From the NCBI RefSeq assembly GCF_006345805.1, contig NC_043005.1, forward strand, positions 50,096,001 through 50,160,000: a stretch of 64,000 bases of DNA, written 5' to 3'. Under the pieces are notes generated by a model that was given only the letters and a program-made list of their open reading frames with translations, was not told the DNA's origin and ran no database searches. Positions 39,426 through 53,648 of this stretch are shown here, piece after piece. Each line of letters opens with the position of its first letter. Position 1 is the first letter of the stretch. The position numbers and the translations under genes are program-made. The DNA is from Octopus sinensis. Its lineage: Eukaryota.

Positions 39426-42013
39426 TGTATGTATGTATATAATACACACACAAACATATACATTCATGTAAACATATATACAAACATTCGCACAGATATA
39501 CATACACATGGACATACATTCTCAAACATAACACACACACACATGCACACACAAGCACACACACAAGCCAATGAGGAAACCTCTACATGGTTAATCAGCT
39601 TGCTAGAAATAGAAGTCAAACTCCCTTTAGATTATATATTATTATAAAGACAGGATACATTCGTGTAATACTACATATCTATAAAAAGACAGGATGATCA
39701 TGGCTGGAATGCTTTTAACCATAAATCAACACTGACTTGGGGATAAGCATGTATACACATACTGTACACACAAGTGTATACATACAAATACACACACACA
39801 TGTATTCAGAGAATTACATATACATAAATACAAATACATGTACACACAGAGAAAAAGATGCACTTACACATACAATACACACAAGCATATACAGATTTAC
39901 AAATGGACACCAACATATACATTTACAAAGACACACATACACACATGCATACACACACATATATGCACACACACATATGCACACATTCATGAACACATGT
40001 GTACATAGAGGAACATGCAGACACACACACAAACACACGTGCATTGAAGTACACATGTACACAGACACATATGTACAAAGAGGAACACACACACACACAC
40101 ACATAAACACACATACACACACAAACACATGTACATAGACATGTACATAGATTAGCATGTGTGCATGTACACAGATACGTGTGTACAAAGAGGCACATAC
40201 ATACACGTACACACTGACACACGTGTACACAGACCAGCACACATACATGCAGAGACACAGACATGTGTATGAAGAGCATAGAGAGACAAACACATGTTCA
40301 CACATTCACATACACATCATACATGCACACATACACACACAGACATGTATAAAGAGACACATCAGACACATGCACACATACACATACACATGCACACTCT
40401 AACGCACACACACACACACACACACACATAGACACCATTTATCATTTGTCTTCTCTCTATATATATTTATTTACAACCTTGTCTCTACGTGACTACAACA
40501 ACCACATATAAACTATTTCCTGCACTTCACCCAATCACTACCACTAACACTATGGTACTAACCTCTGTATTATATTTCAAACTGCTAGAAGTAGTAGCTA
40601 AAACCTCCTTAAATCATACCCAGTTTATTATCTTAAAAAAACCCCCAAAAAACCCCCAGAAAACAAATGAAGAATAATAATGTTTGAATCTAAGTTGGTT
40701 TGGTCATGACTTGAGTGTCTTTGATTGTAGCTCTGCTTGAGTAGGGCTGTCCTGGGGTTAAACAACAACAACAACAACAACAACAAGAACTACAACAACA
40801 ACAGCTACAACAATATGAGTAGCAACAGCTTCCATTATCATCCATTAACAAGCACTATTAACATCACCACCACCACTATACCACCACAACCACCACCACC
40901 ACTACCACCACCACCACCACCACCACCACTACCACTACCACCACTACCACCACCATCGTCGGCATCATCATCATCATCATCATCATCATAATTATCAACC
41001 ACACTGGCACCAGTACTATACTGCACCACAAACATTACAACCACCACCACCATAACCACAGACTCTACTACTAAGACAATCACTACTACTACTACTAACT
41101 ACTACTACTTCTGATGCTATCACTAACATTACCAAAGTCTGTTACTAATACTACTACTATCGATAACCACCACCATCAGTACGTCTACTAATACTACCAA
41201 AATTAATTACCGTTACCACTGATACTACCACTAGCATCACTAATGCCACCACCACAACCCCTGCTAGCACCATAACCACCTCCACCACCACCACCACCAC
41301 CACCAACACTACCACCACCACCACCACCATCACCATCACCAACACCACCACCACCACCAACACCACCACCACCACACACCACCACTACCACACACCAACC
41401 ACCATCATCGCTAACACTAACAATAAGACTTCCAGTATAACGTAACCATTATCACTACTCTGTCAATAATAGATCTATTGGTACTATCACCAATCCATTC
41501 ATGACCACTGCTACTACTATATTGTGTCAACAACATAAACAGGGACCACCACCAACATACTTACTATCTGCAAACAACAATGCTACCCTCAAAACTATCA
41601 CCGCCGCTATTATTACCACTATTTTTACTATGACCAGTAGTATTATCTTAACCACCTCTACCACCACCCCTACTACTACTACTACTACTACTACTACTGC
41701 CAGTACCACCACCACCACCACCACTTCTACCAACAACATTATCTCCTCCACAATCAAAACTAACATTACTAAATGAACGGAGCAGCATTTACCCAGTTGC
41801 ACAACCTGCTACAAACAGCAGCTAAATTACCCTCAAATCACACCCCTTACCACTGTTTTAAGAAAGGAAAGAAAGATGGAAGCACAGTTTCTTACAATGC
41901 AGTATTTATATGCACAAAGACGGGATGGTCACGAGTGGATTGCTTTTGATCATAAGTCAATTTGATCTTAGGAATTACCTGGTGCCAAATAACAACTGTC
42001 AATGAAGGGGGAG

Positions 42014-42056
<43 letters not shown>

Positions 42057-42178
42057 TTCTACATTCTGGTTCAACTTGTTAGAAATAGCAGCCAAACTCC
42101 TCTAATCAGATCATGCCCTGATTATCTTGGAGAAGGAAGAGCACAATTGATAATGTCCTATGGTGTGTGTGTGTGTGT

Positions 42179-42209
<31 letters not shown>

Positions 42210-42306
42210 AGTATGTGTGTATGTATATAAATACGTAGTTTCAGAGGTGTGTGTGTATATATACATATATATATATGCATGTATGTACATACATACATAT
42301 TACATT

Positions 42307-42369
<63 letters not shown>

Positions 42370-42436
42370 TTTTAGATGTATATGTATATGTGTGTATATG
42401 TGTGTATGTGTGTATGTGTGCATATATGTATGATGA

Positions 42437-42495
<59 letters not shown>

Positions 42496-42501
42496 AATCT
42501 G

Positions 42502-42559
<58 letters not shown>

Positions 42560-42775
42560 AATAGTTCTGTCTGTCTATCTATATAATGTCTGAATAAAAG
42601 GCAGGATGGTCACTGCCGGAATGTCTTTCATCATAGGCCTATTCAATCATGGCTGACCTAGGGTTAAATGACAATCACTTCTACCAGCATAACTATAAAC
42701 AGTATGACAATGACCATTGCCACCACAACCTACCCAACCCAACACTGGCTACAATTATGACACCCCCTACTACTT

Positions 42776-42812
<37 letters not shown>

Positions 42813-43981
42813 AACTACAACTACTACTACTACTGCTGCTGCTGCCGCTGCTTCCTAAATAGCCTCTACAATTATTACTAACATTAAAAAGCTTCCCAAC
42901 TACAAACAGAATCATTACAACCACTGGTACTATCTCCATCACAAAAGAAAAAAAAACAACCACCTGTGCAACCATGATGACCACTGGCACAGCTACCACC
43001 TATACTTCTGCATCACAAAATACTGCCTGCACTACCATTCAAAGCATGGCCAATGTAAAGACAAACCATATCATCATTTACATGATGATGATGATGATGT
43101 TGATGATGATGATGATGACAACAACGATGGAGACGACCACCACCACTACCACCAGCACCACAATCACCACCATAGTCACCACAACAAACACCAGTCACCA
43201 CAACAACCACCACCACAATAACCACCACCACGACAACCACTACCACCACCACCACCACCACCACCACCACCACCACCACCACCACCACCACCATCACCAC
43301 CCACCACCACCAGTACAACCATACAACCATACCATACCATCACCACCACCACCACAATCACCACCACCACAACCTCAACTACCACTACAATCATTAGAAC
43401 ATACCATACCATCACCACCATAAGAACCAACACCAGCATCAACTCCACAACGAGCACCACTGCTACCACCACCAGCACCACCACCACCACCAACAACATT
43501 ACTACATCACATCACCGTTGCCGCCGTCTTCACTTTAAACAGCATTTGTCCCTAACCCACACCACCACTGCCACTACCACCAACTTCCACACCCTCTCTA
43601 CAACATCCCACAATCCTTCCTCTTCTTCTCGTCACGCAGCCTCAGCTCGTCATGGCAACTGCAACACTTGGTGACTCATTCATATCCATACAACATAGCA
43701 TTTCGCATCAGCCCACAATCAGTACCATCAGCATCGCCAGCATCCACTCCAACCATCATCATGAACACCACAACCATTACTACTATTACCACAACCATCA
43801 TTACTACTACTACTACTACTACCACCACCACCACCACCACCACCACCATTACTACTATTACCACAACCATCATCAACTACTACTACTATTACTACTACTA
43901 CTACCACCACCACCACCACCACCACCACAACCACCACCACTACTACAGCTGCTGCTGCTACTACTACCACTACTACAGCTG

Positions 43982-44020
<39 letters not shown>

Positions 44021-44300
44021 GGAATGACACCACCAACACCACTACCACACCACCACCACCACCACTAACACAACCAATATCACCAACACTACCACCAGCA
44101 TAACAACTGTTGCAGAAATCACCATCATAAACAGCACCACTACCATCACCTCCATGAACACTATCATCACCACCACTGCAAACACCAAGACCACCACAAC
44201 TACCACCATGACAACAGTCTTGCTGCCACCTCACAACCATCTACGTCTCTGTCCACTACCCCTTCTCCTCTCTCTCTTTCCCTCTTTCCTTTCCCCTTTC
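37100..44300. repeat. ~7-kb domain of nested simple repeats ((ACC/ACT)n, (TCTA)n, (CA)n, (CATA)n)
   Basis: Seen directly. Comparable tracts are at 200-700, 2000-4550, 5030-6380 ((GGT)n/(GAT)n), 11900-13320, 44500-46820, 56390-57300 and 60400-61150. Confidence 0.95.
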
Positions 44301-44732
44301 CATCCCCTCCCCTCCTCCTCCTCCTCCTCTTCCTTGCTGCATCTGCTTCTGCTGCTGTTGCTAATGCACACCTGGATAATGTAGCAACATGTGATGCAGG
44401 CAGACAGGCAGGAACACATGCACAGTGTGAAGGTCATGGGGCGGGTGGGTGGGTAGGTGAAATGCACATGTACACATACACACAGACACACAGACACATG
44501 CAAATGCATGCATGCACACATGCGTACATGCAGCCAGTCACATGAACGCATATGAAAACACTTGCATATGTATACATAGGCATATAGTCATACTACACAT
44601 AGCCACACATACGCATGCATGCATACATGCATACATGCATACATATGCTGATACATAAAATGCAGCGTCACATACAAGATTTTTTAGACTGATGCATGTA
44701 TATAACCATATACATAGACATACATACATACA

Positions 44733-44770
<38 letters not shown>

Positions 44771-45228
44771 ATATATATATATAGATAGATAGATAGATAG
44801 ATAGATATAGATATAGATATATACATACATACATACACACACATATATATATATTATATATATACACATATATATATATATACACATATATATATATATA
44901 TATAAATATATATATACACACACATATACACACACATATATATGCATGTATTGAATATAATTCTTTTATTCTTTTACTCTTTTACCGGTTTCAATCATTT
45001 GACTGCGGCCATGCTGGAGCATCACCTTCAAGGAGATTTCTATCAAAGCCTAGTACTTACTCTATCAGTGTCTTTTGCCCAGCCTCCAAGTTATGAGGAT
45101 GTAAACACACCAACATCGGTTGTCAGCAATGGTGGCAGGGAAAAACACAGAACAAAGACACAACACACACTTAAAGACATACATATACACACACACACAC
45201 ACACATGTATATATATATATATATGTAA

Positions 45229-45283
<55 letters not shown>

Positions 45284-46274
45284 ATATGTATATATGATGG
45301 GCATTTTTTCACTTTCTGTCTAACCAATCTACTCACAAGGCTTTGGTGGCCCAAGGCTATAGTAGAAGACACTTGCCCATGGTGACCACTATGGGACTGA
45401 ACCCGAGGACCATGTGATTAGGAAGCAAGCTTCTACATATAGCCACATATATTCAAATATGAGCTCTCTCCCTCTTTCCCTCTCTCTCTCTCTAAATATA
45501 TATATATATCTATAATATAATATATATATATATATATGTATATACACACACATATACAGTATATATGTGTATATATATATGTGTGTGTATATATATATGT
45601 ATGTATATATATATATATGTATGTATGTATATATATAGAGATAGATAGATAGATAGATAAATAGGTAGATAGATAGATAGAGATATCTACACATATAGAT
45701 ATACATATATGTATATAGATATATATATAAATATATAAAAATATCTGTATATTGATATATCTATAAATACACACACACACACACATACATGGACACAGAC
45801 ACACACACACATACATACATGTAAATATGTATGCATACATGTATGTGTATATGTATATATTTATATTCATGCAACCAAATGCACAAATTAAAAATTTTTT
45901 TTTCTTCCTTCAAACCAATCAGGAAAAATATGCACAAAGCAAGCACAATGTATAAACTGAGATGCATATTTAGTGTTTATCTGTTTCCCTGCCAATAGAA
46001 ATGTGTATATAACTGTCGATATAAGCTGTATAACTACCTATCAATCTGCTTATCTTTCTCTCATCCTCTTTCTCTTTCTCTGCGTCTCTCATATATACAC
46101 ATACATGTATGAATATATGCCTATTTATCTATCTATTAGTCTGTCTTTTCTTCTGTCTATCTGTTCATTTCTCTGTCTGTCTATCTACCTGCCTGTTGGT
46201 CTGTGTGTTTGTTGGTTTTTATATTTATCTATCTAACTATCTATCTGTATATAACTGTATATCTATTTATTTGT

Positions 46275-46320
<46 letters not shown>

Positions 46321-46460
46321 GTCTGTCTGTCAATCAGTCTGTCTGTTGGTCTATCTATCTGTCTATCTGTCTATCTATCTATCTATCTATCCATCCATCC
46401 ATCCGTCTGTCTGTCTGTCTGTTTGTCAGTCAATCAGTCTATCTATCCATCCATCCATCC

Positions 46461-46527
<67 letters not shown>

Positions 46528-46528
46528 T

Positions 46529-46605
<77 letters not shown>

Positions 46606-46778
46606 ATCTATCTGTCTGTCTATCTATCTATCTGTCTGTCTGTCTGTCTATCTGTCCGTCCGTCCATCCGTCCGTCCGTCCGTCCGTCTATCTGTCTATC
46701 TATCTTCCTAGCTATCTTAGCTAACCCATCTTTTTGTCTATTTACCTCATCTTCCCTGTCTCATTCCCAATTTGTCTG

Positions 46779-46814
<36 letters not shown>

Positions 46815-47239
46815 CTTCCCCTTGCCATATCTTTGTATTCTGTCATTCTGAATGTGTTCATATTCTGGCACAAAACAATACTTCAGTTTCTCCTCAGTCA
46901 ACCTTTAAAGAATGCTTGGAAATAAATGGAATTACTATAAGGAATGTGACACAATTAGCTCAAAAGATCTAGTCTTAAGGTATTTAACTGAGAAAAATAA
47001 CAATAAATGACATTAATAAGATAAGTAAGAACTACACACACCACACACACACACACACACCACACACATACAACATTCTCCCCATATATGTATGTATACA
47101 CACATACACACACACAGAGACATATATATATAAATAAAAATACATACATATACAAATATATATGTGTGTGTACCTCTGTGCGTGTGTGTAACTGTATGTG
47201 TGTGAGTGTGTGTATATATGTATCTGCTCTCTCTCCCCG

Positions 47240-47870
47240 AACCCGCCCTGTAGTCTCCCGCCTCCCTTTTCCCCTCACTTACCACCCCACGACCCTACGT
47301 CTCCAATGCACCATTCTTCGAGCTTTCCGTCATCTCCAGTCCGACCCGTCCACTTCACACCTCTTCCCTAACCGACCCCTCCCCTCTTTCAAATGAGCCC
47401 ACAACCTTCGAGACCTTTTGGTCCATAGCTCCTTCCCTGACCCTACCTCCCAACCCGGCTCGTTCCCCTGCTCCCGCCCACGTGCCGCACTTGCCTTACC
47501 TCTCCAACACCACCCGCCTCACTAGCACCCACCATCGACCCTATCCCATCATCCACTCCTTCACCTGCCACCTCCGACAATATTATCTATTGCATCTCTT
47601 GCTCTCTCTGCAATTCCTTGTACAACGGACAAACGGGACGCCGCTTGGCTGACCGGTTCGCGGAACACCTTCGTGACATCCACCTTGCGAACGACACACC
47701 GGTCTCACGCCATTTCCGCTCCACCGGTCACTCCTTGCAACACCTATCTGTGTTCGGTTTGTCCTTACACAGAGGCCATCCGGATTCCTGTTTGCGCCGT
47801 GAACAGGAATTAATTCTCTCTCGTTCTTATACGCCATTTGGTCTCAACTCTCCCCCCCTCCTCATCTAAC
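47240..47870 (+). mobile_element. Penelope-like element (PLE) 3' relic: RT-EN linker and GIY-YIG endonuclease
   Basis: Peptides PLTYHPT..ILRAFRHLQSDPSTSHLFP..HNLRDLLVHSS, PGSFPCSRPR, NIIYCISCSLCNSLYNGQTGRRLADRFAEHLRDI..PVSRHF..GH and RREQELI..TPFGLN are present, with stops and frameshifts. Confidence 0.9.
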
Positions 47871-48699
47871 CCCCTCTCCCCCCTCCTCACCTATCCTTTC
47901 TCCCCCCGACCCCTACTTCTTCAGTCCTTCATCCTTTCACCCCTACTCCCTTCCCTTCTTCCCTCTTTCTCCCTCCCTCTTCCCCTTCCCTCTGCTCCCT
48001 CACTCCCTCTCTCCCCTTCTCTCTCCCCTCTCCCTCTTTCCTCCTTCATCCCCCTCCTCCCCTCCTCCCCTTCCTTCTCTCCCCCATCCTCTCCTCTCCC
48101 CCTTCTCCCCCCTCTTCTTCCCCTCCCCTTCTCTCCCCCCCCCTCTTCTCCCCCTCCCCCTATCCCCCTCTCCCTCTCCTCCCCTCCCCTCCCCTTCTCC
48201 CCCCTCTTCTCCCCCTCCCCTATTGTCCTCACTACACCACATGACTTTACACATCACATCACATATGATGTGCCATACTAATACACACACCAACTAATAC
48301 ATACTAATACGTACTAATACATACTAGTACATACTAATACTTACACCAACCCTATACATACACACGTCCAGACCCCGCATACGCACTTATACTCTCTCAC
48401 ACACCACACACACACACACCTATACATACCAATACGTACTAATACATACTAATACATACTAAACATACACCAACCCCATACATACGCACGTCCAGACCAA
48501 TCCTAACACTAATACTCTCCTCATACACACACACACACACACACCCCTTATACATACTAATACATACACCAACCCTATACATACACACATCCGATACCCC
48601 TCCCACGCATTTTTAGCTGGTCCCTCAACCCTTTTATCAACCCTATTATCTCCCCTTATTTCGCTCTCGCGTCTCATGTTTGATCTTTCACCTCTGGCC

Positions 48700-48918
48700 G
48701 AAATCAGATCGCCATGTTGATTCGTTAGCTACTGCACGCATTTTTTTTTCTCTCCTTCTTTCTGTGTTTTTCTCTCTCTGTGTATCTTTCTGTTGAAGAG
48801 CGTAGGCTCGAAACGTTAAAGACTTGTTTTTATTTATATTCCTGAGCGCCATACTAATACAATTGTTCGTTTGTTTTCCACCTGCCTTCGTCTTTTGTTT
48901 ATTTTCATAAAGCTTCCG

Positions 48919-48920
<2 letters not shown>
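48700..48920 (+). mobile_element. PLE pseudo-LTR/tail segment carrying a hammerhead motif; family also at 15783-15990(+), 17790-17925(+), 18280-18410(-) and 53505-53700(-)
   Basis: It shares gccatgttgattcg(t/c)tagct(a/t)ctgcacgcatttt...catactaatacaat...ccacctgccttcgtcttttgtttattttcataaagctt with the 15.8-kb copy. It lies about 830 bp downstream of the GIY-YIG relic in the same orientation. Confidence 0.7.
48785..48822 (+). ncRNA. Minimal type I hammerhead ribozyme motif (PLE-type), variant core
   Basis: tcttt CTGTTGA A GAG cgtagg CTC GAA ACGT T aaaga. Stem I is tcttt/aaaga, stem II is GAG/CTC, stem III is the palindrome ACGT, and the cleavage triplet is GUU. Confidence 0.7.
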
Positions 48921-48963
<43 letters not shown>

Positions 48964-49441
48964 TATATCTGTATCTATCTATCTATATATGTATCTATAT
49001 ATATATGTGTGTGTGTGGGGGGGGTATGTATATATATATATATATTACACACACACACACATACACATATAATCCTTTACTTATTTCAGTTAATGGACTG
49101 CGGTCATGCAAATCATCCCCCGGTACTTGATTTTGTTTTAAAGTCTTGTACATATTCTATCAGTCTCTTTTGACTAGCCACTAAGTTACAGGGACATAAA
49201 CAAACCAACACCAGTTGTCAAACAATAATAAAGGACAAACTCATGCACACACACTCACCCACGCGAGGAACTTCCAGTTTCTACCTATCAAGTATGCTCA
49301 CAAAGCTTCAATTGGCCCAAGGTGCCACACAGTGGCACTGAACATGAAACCATGTGGTTGAGAAGCAAACTTGTTATCATACAGCTAAGCCTGGTCTGAG
49401 CCTTGGCAATTTCTTTTCCTTCTTAGGACTCTTCCCTTTCC

Positions 49442-49477
49442 TTTTCTTGATGAAGAGCTATGCTCAAAATGTCAAAC
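49442..49477 (+). ncRNA. Degenerate hammerhead motif, same family as 17348
   Basis: TTGATGA A GAGC tat GCTC AAA ATGT C aaac. The GUC triplet is present but GAA is mutated to AAA. Confidence 0.5.
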
Positions 49478-49799
49478 TCTCCTTTTACCAAACATCAAGC
49501 TAATACATTCCTTGTGCATTTCCACCTATTGTCTATTAATTTTATTATTCGTTTATTTGAATTGACTGTATATATATATATATATATATATATTATTTTA
49601 TTTTATATATATATATAAGATTAATCAAGATTAATCAGCCGAAATTGCGAAGATGATCTGGTACTTGACTGATGACTGAGGGCTTCGAATGTCCTGTCCC
49701 CGTCCTGTGGTTCTTGTGTCATCTCCTAGATGTTTCACGCTCTTGTCCCAGTTTGTATATATATTTTTTACTTTTTACATATATATTATATATCTTATA

Positions 49800-49836
<37 letters not shown>

Positions 49837-49859
49837 AATAAAATAAAATAATAAAAAAA

Positions 49860-50105
49860 TGCACCCTTTCAAAGCCTAGCCAAGCTCATGGGCCCGGTTT
49901 CCCGGTTTCTATGGCATATGTGTTCCCCAGCTAGATGGGACACCAGTCCATTGCAGCATTACTCATTTTTACCAGCTGAGTGGAGTGGAGAAACATGAAA
50001 TGAAGTGTTTTGCTCAAGAACACAACACGTCGCCCGGTCCAATAATCGAAACCATAATCTTACGATCATGGTGCTGACACCCTAACCACTAAGCCACGTG
50101 CCTCC
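49860..50105 (-). mobile_element. tRNA-headed SINE with V-domain-like segment
   Basis: The reverse complement has the head gtggcttagtggttagggtgtcagc...gtttcgattattggacc and the segment ctgcaatggactggtgtcccatc, resembling the V-SINE motif as I recall it. Related heads lie at about 14735-15010, 15300-15575 and 51800-52095 (-). Confidence 0.7.
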
Positions 50106-50338
50106 ACACACACACACACACACAAAAGCTGCAAAATGATCACAAGACTGTTACTCAGAGTTTCACAATCCTGTGTTTATCACAACTGTCTGAGGGATGA
50201 GAACATGAAACTCTGGGTAACAGTTTTTGCAATAATTTTGCAGCTTTAGTAAAAGCAAAATATTCTCTCTTAGGTATTCAAGTACTATTTTTGTAACCTT
50301 GTTTTGCACTTATGTACCCACCTGTGTGTATGTGTGTA

Positions 50339-50375
<37 letters not shown>

Positions 50376-50440
50376 TCATCGTTCCATGCTAGACGATTTT
50401 GACTGAGGGCTGGCGAGCCAGATGGCTGCACCAGGCTCCA

Positions 50441-50472
<32 letters not shown>

Positions 50473-50555
50473 GTATATATAATTATGTATATGTATGTGT
50501 AAATCTATGTATGTATGTATGTATGTATGTATGTATGTATGTATCTATCTATCTA

Positions 50556-50593
<38 letters not shown>

Positions 50594-50768
50594 TAGACAT
50601 ATTTATTCATGACTGAGGCATAGGCTATAGTTAACACATAGTTAGCATGCTTACTTCCTGATCATATGGATAGTTTTAGGTAGCACCTTGGCAAATGCCT
50701 TCTACAAAAAGCTTGTGAGTGAATGTGGTAGATGGAAACAGAATGAAGCCTACCACGTATATATATAT

Positions 50769-50809
<41 letters not shown>

Positions 50810-50827
50810 ATATATATATATGGAGAG

Positions 50828-50859
<32 letters not shown>

Positions 50860-51219
50860 ATACATATATATATACACATGCATATATACACATATGTATA
50901 AAACATACATGAGTGTGATAGTGTCTCTTTGATGTGGTATTGCGTGATAGTAGTATGCAAGCATCACTGTATTACAAGCAGCCTCCATTGTTTCCAGTTT
51001 TCTATGTAAACATGTTTGGCCAGGCGAAAATATTTCTGTAGATCGAAACCGGTGAGTACTAGCTATAAGAGAGCCATCTGGCCATAGAAAATCTACCTCA
51101 ATAAATTCCCTCCAGCTTAGGCAAGCCTAGAATAGTGGACATTAAGACGATGATGATGATGATGAAGATGATATAGATGTGTGGGTGTGTGTGCATACAT
51201 GCATACATACACACATGCA

Positions 51220-51252
<33 letters not shown>

Positions 51253-52630
51253 TCACACTCACACACACATACCACACTGTAAATAAACACCCACTCCATT
51301 ATGTATGAGTGACGTCTCCATTACTTACATGTCAAGCTTTGATGACAGTATGATGTATGCACGTGCACCTCTCTTTTACACATCACTTCCAGTATCAGTT
51401 ACCCAGCGTCGGTATCACTTCCACCACAATCACCAGCATCATTTGATGGCAACCTGCTACTAATAACCATATAATCCACTACTACTTTCGCATGGTTAAG
51501 TGGTTGACAACTGAACCAGTCCACTATGGGGTTGGCTGAGCAAGGTAAGTGTGTGGGTACTCAGTAGGATGAAAAAACAAAACAAGTCAAAAATGGATGA
51601 GCTCTTTGAGAACCAAAGGTACTTGCATGCTGCGAAGGAGATATTGCCACTAGGATTATTTAATCAAATGAAATAATTGAATGAAATTTACTACATATGT
51701 TGACAAATCCCTTAACCTCTTGGGGGTCATTGGGGCACTGCAGTCATGCATCATGTCTAGGAGGAGAAAGCCTAAAAGCATCTTTCCATGCTAAACTAAT
51801 TTCTACAACTGACTGGACTGGAGCAATGTGAAAAGAAGTGTTTTGCTGAAAAGCAGAATGGATCACCCAGCCCAGGGATTGAAACCACTATCTTATGGTC
51901 ATGAATCCAACACCCTAACCACTAAGCAATTTGCCTCCGCTAGTGGTACTCATTTCTACAGCAGAGTGGACTAGAGCAACGTGAAGTGAGGTGTTTTGTT
52001 CAAGAACACAACACATTGCTCAGTCCAGGAATTGAAACCACAAACTTATGATTATGAGTCCAACACTTTAACCACTAAGCCATGTGCCTCCACAATTGAT
52101 TTGTAGACAGCCACAGTCCTAAAAATCACAACTTCTATCCAGCCAAATGATATCTTCTAATTCTATGCCAATCCTCAAATCTAAGAAAACTAGTTAGTCA
52201 CAAATTATTAACAGCCAAAGACAATTGCCAATTAAAAAAAAAAAAAATCCTAAGAGAGGCAAAATTCACATTAGCAGGGGAAGTAATGCAGGTAACGAAA
52301 TATGAAAATCTTTGTTACAGTACATGTGAGATGGCTGAACAGGGTAAAATAAGAAGTTCAAGAATGGGAAGAAATTTTAGATGAATGCAAATATGAATTG
52401 CAAAACAACAATATAACAATTACAACACATGTCCACAATGTAGTGAAAATTATATTGGTGAAGCAGGAACAGAATTAATAGACTGGGTTAGGGTGGATAA
52501 ACAACCAAAGATCCATATGTCAGAAATGTTCCATGCAGAGATCATTCACTTATTTGTGTATCTTTCAGCCTTTTGGGGGGGGTCAATAAAATAAGCACCA
52601 GATGAGCACTGGGATTGATGGTATTGACAT

Positions 52631-52863
52631 GAGGTGGTGAGCTGCCAGAAACGTTAGCACACCAGGCAAAATGCTGAGTAGTATTTCGTCTGCCGTTACA
52701 TTGTGAATTCAAATTCCGCTGAGGTCAACTTTGCCGTTCGTCCTTTCAGGGTTGATAAATTAAGTACCAGTTACACACTGGGGTCGATGTAATCGACTTA
52801 ATCCCTTTGTCTGTCCTTGTTTGTTCACTCTATGTTTAGCTCCTTGTGGGTAGTAAAAAAATA
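52631..52863 (+). mobile_element. SINE family C, with 11-bp TSD
   Basis: The TSD ggtattgacat is at 52620-52630 and 52864-52874. Confidence 0.9.
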
Positions 52864-53448
52864 GGTATTGACATAGCCTCTCCGCTAAAATTGCTTATAT
52901 CTAAAAATACAAATTTAAGGCACGGATTTCAATGTACTATCAAGTAAATGACAATTGTTTTCACTATCTTTATAACTTCAATATATACATTAAGTATTAC
53001 ATTTCTACAATTTCCAGTCTTTTAATTCAATGTATATATCAAGTGTTACGTTGTTAATTGTACATGCTGTGCCTTCAGCTTTATAATACAAAAATATGCT
53101 GCTCCTGTAGGCAATATGATAATGAAAGGCATGCATGTGTGTTAAATTATAGCTATTTTGCTTGTAATGATTAAACTAATTTAGAAAGAGACATTTTATT
53201 CCAGGTATGTGTACAAAATAGTCATAAGGAAGAAATCGCAAGATTGAAACTGGAGTTGAATGACTCCAGATTTAATTGTATCTGCTATTATTTTACTCTT
53301 ACGTAATTATATATCATCTATATGTGTAATATATATGAGTGTATGTGTGTATGTGTGTGTGTAAATACAACTGCATGAAATTAGAAATATGAGTATCTGT
53401 TTTATTTAGATTTGGTGGCCTATATACATAGGTACAATGCATTCAACT

Positions 53449-53518
<70 letters not shown>

Positions 53519-53608
53519 AGGTAGGAGAGTTTACGAAAAAAACAAATGACGAAGACAGGTGGTGTACAAAACAAACAGATGTATTATTATAACACTGGAA
53601 TAGAAAAA

Positions 53609-53648
53609 GTCTTTTACATTTTGAGCCTAAGCTCTTCTACAGCAAGGG
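53609..53648 (-). ncRNA. Degenerate hammerhead motif (48785 family)
   Basis: The reverse complement reads CTGTAGA A GAG cttagg CTC AAA ATGT A aaagac. Confidence 0.45.

Noticed and set aside
49615-49765. cagccGAAAttgcg...gaCTGATGActgagggc, another permuted hammerhead-like arrangement
   Set aside because: The required stems do not pair, and the upstream half is lost in (AT)n.
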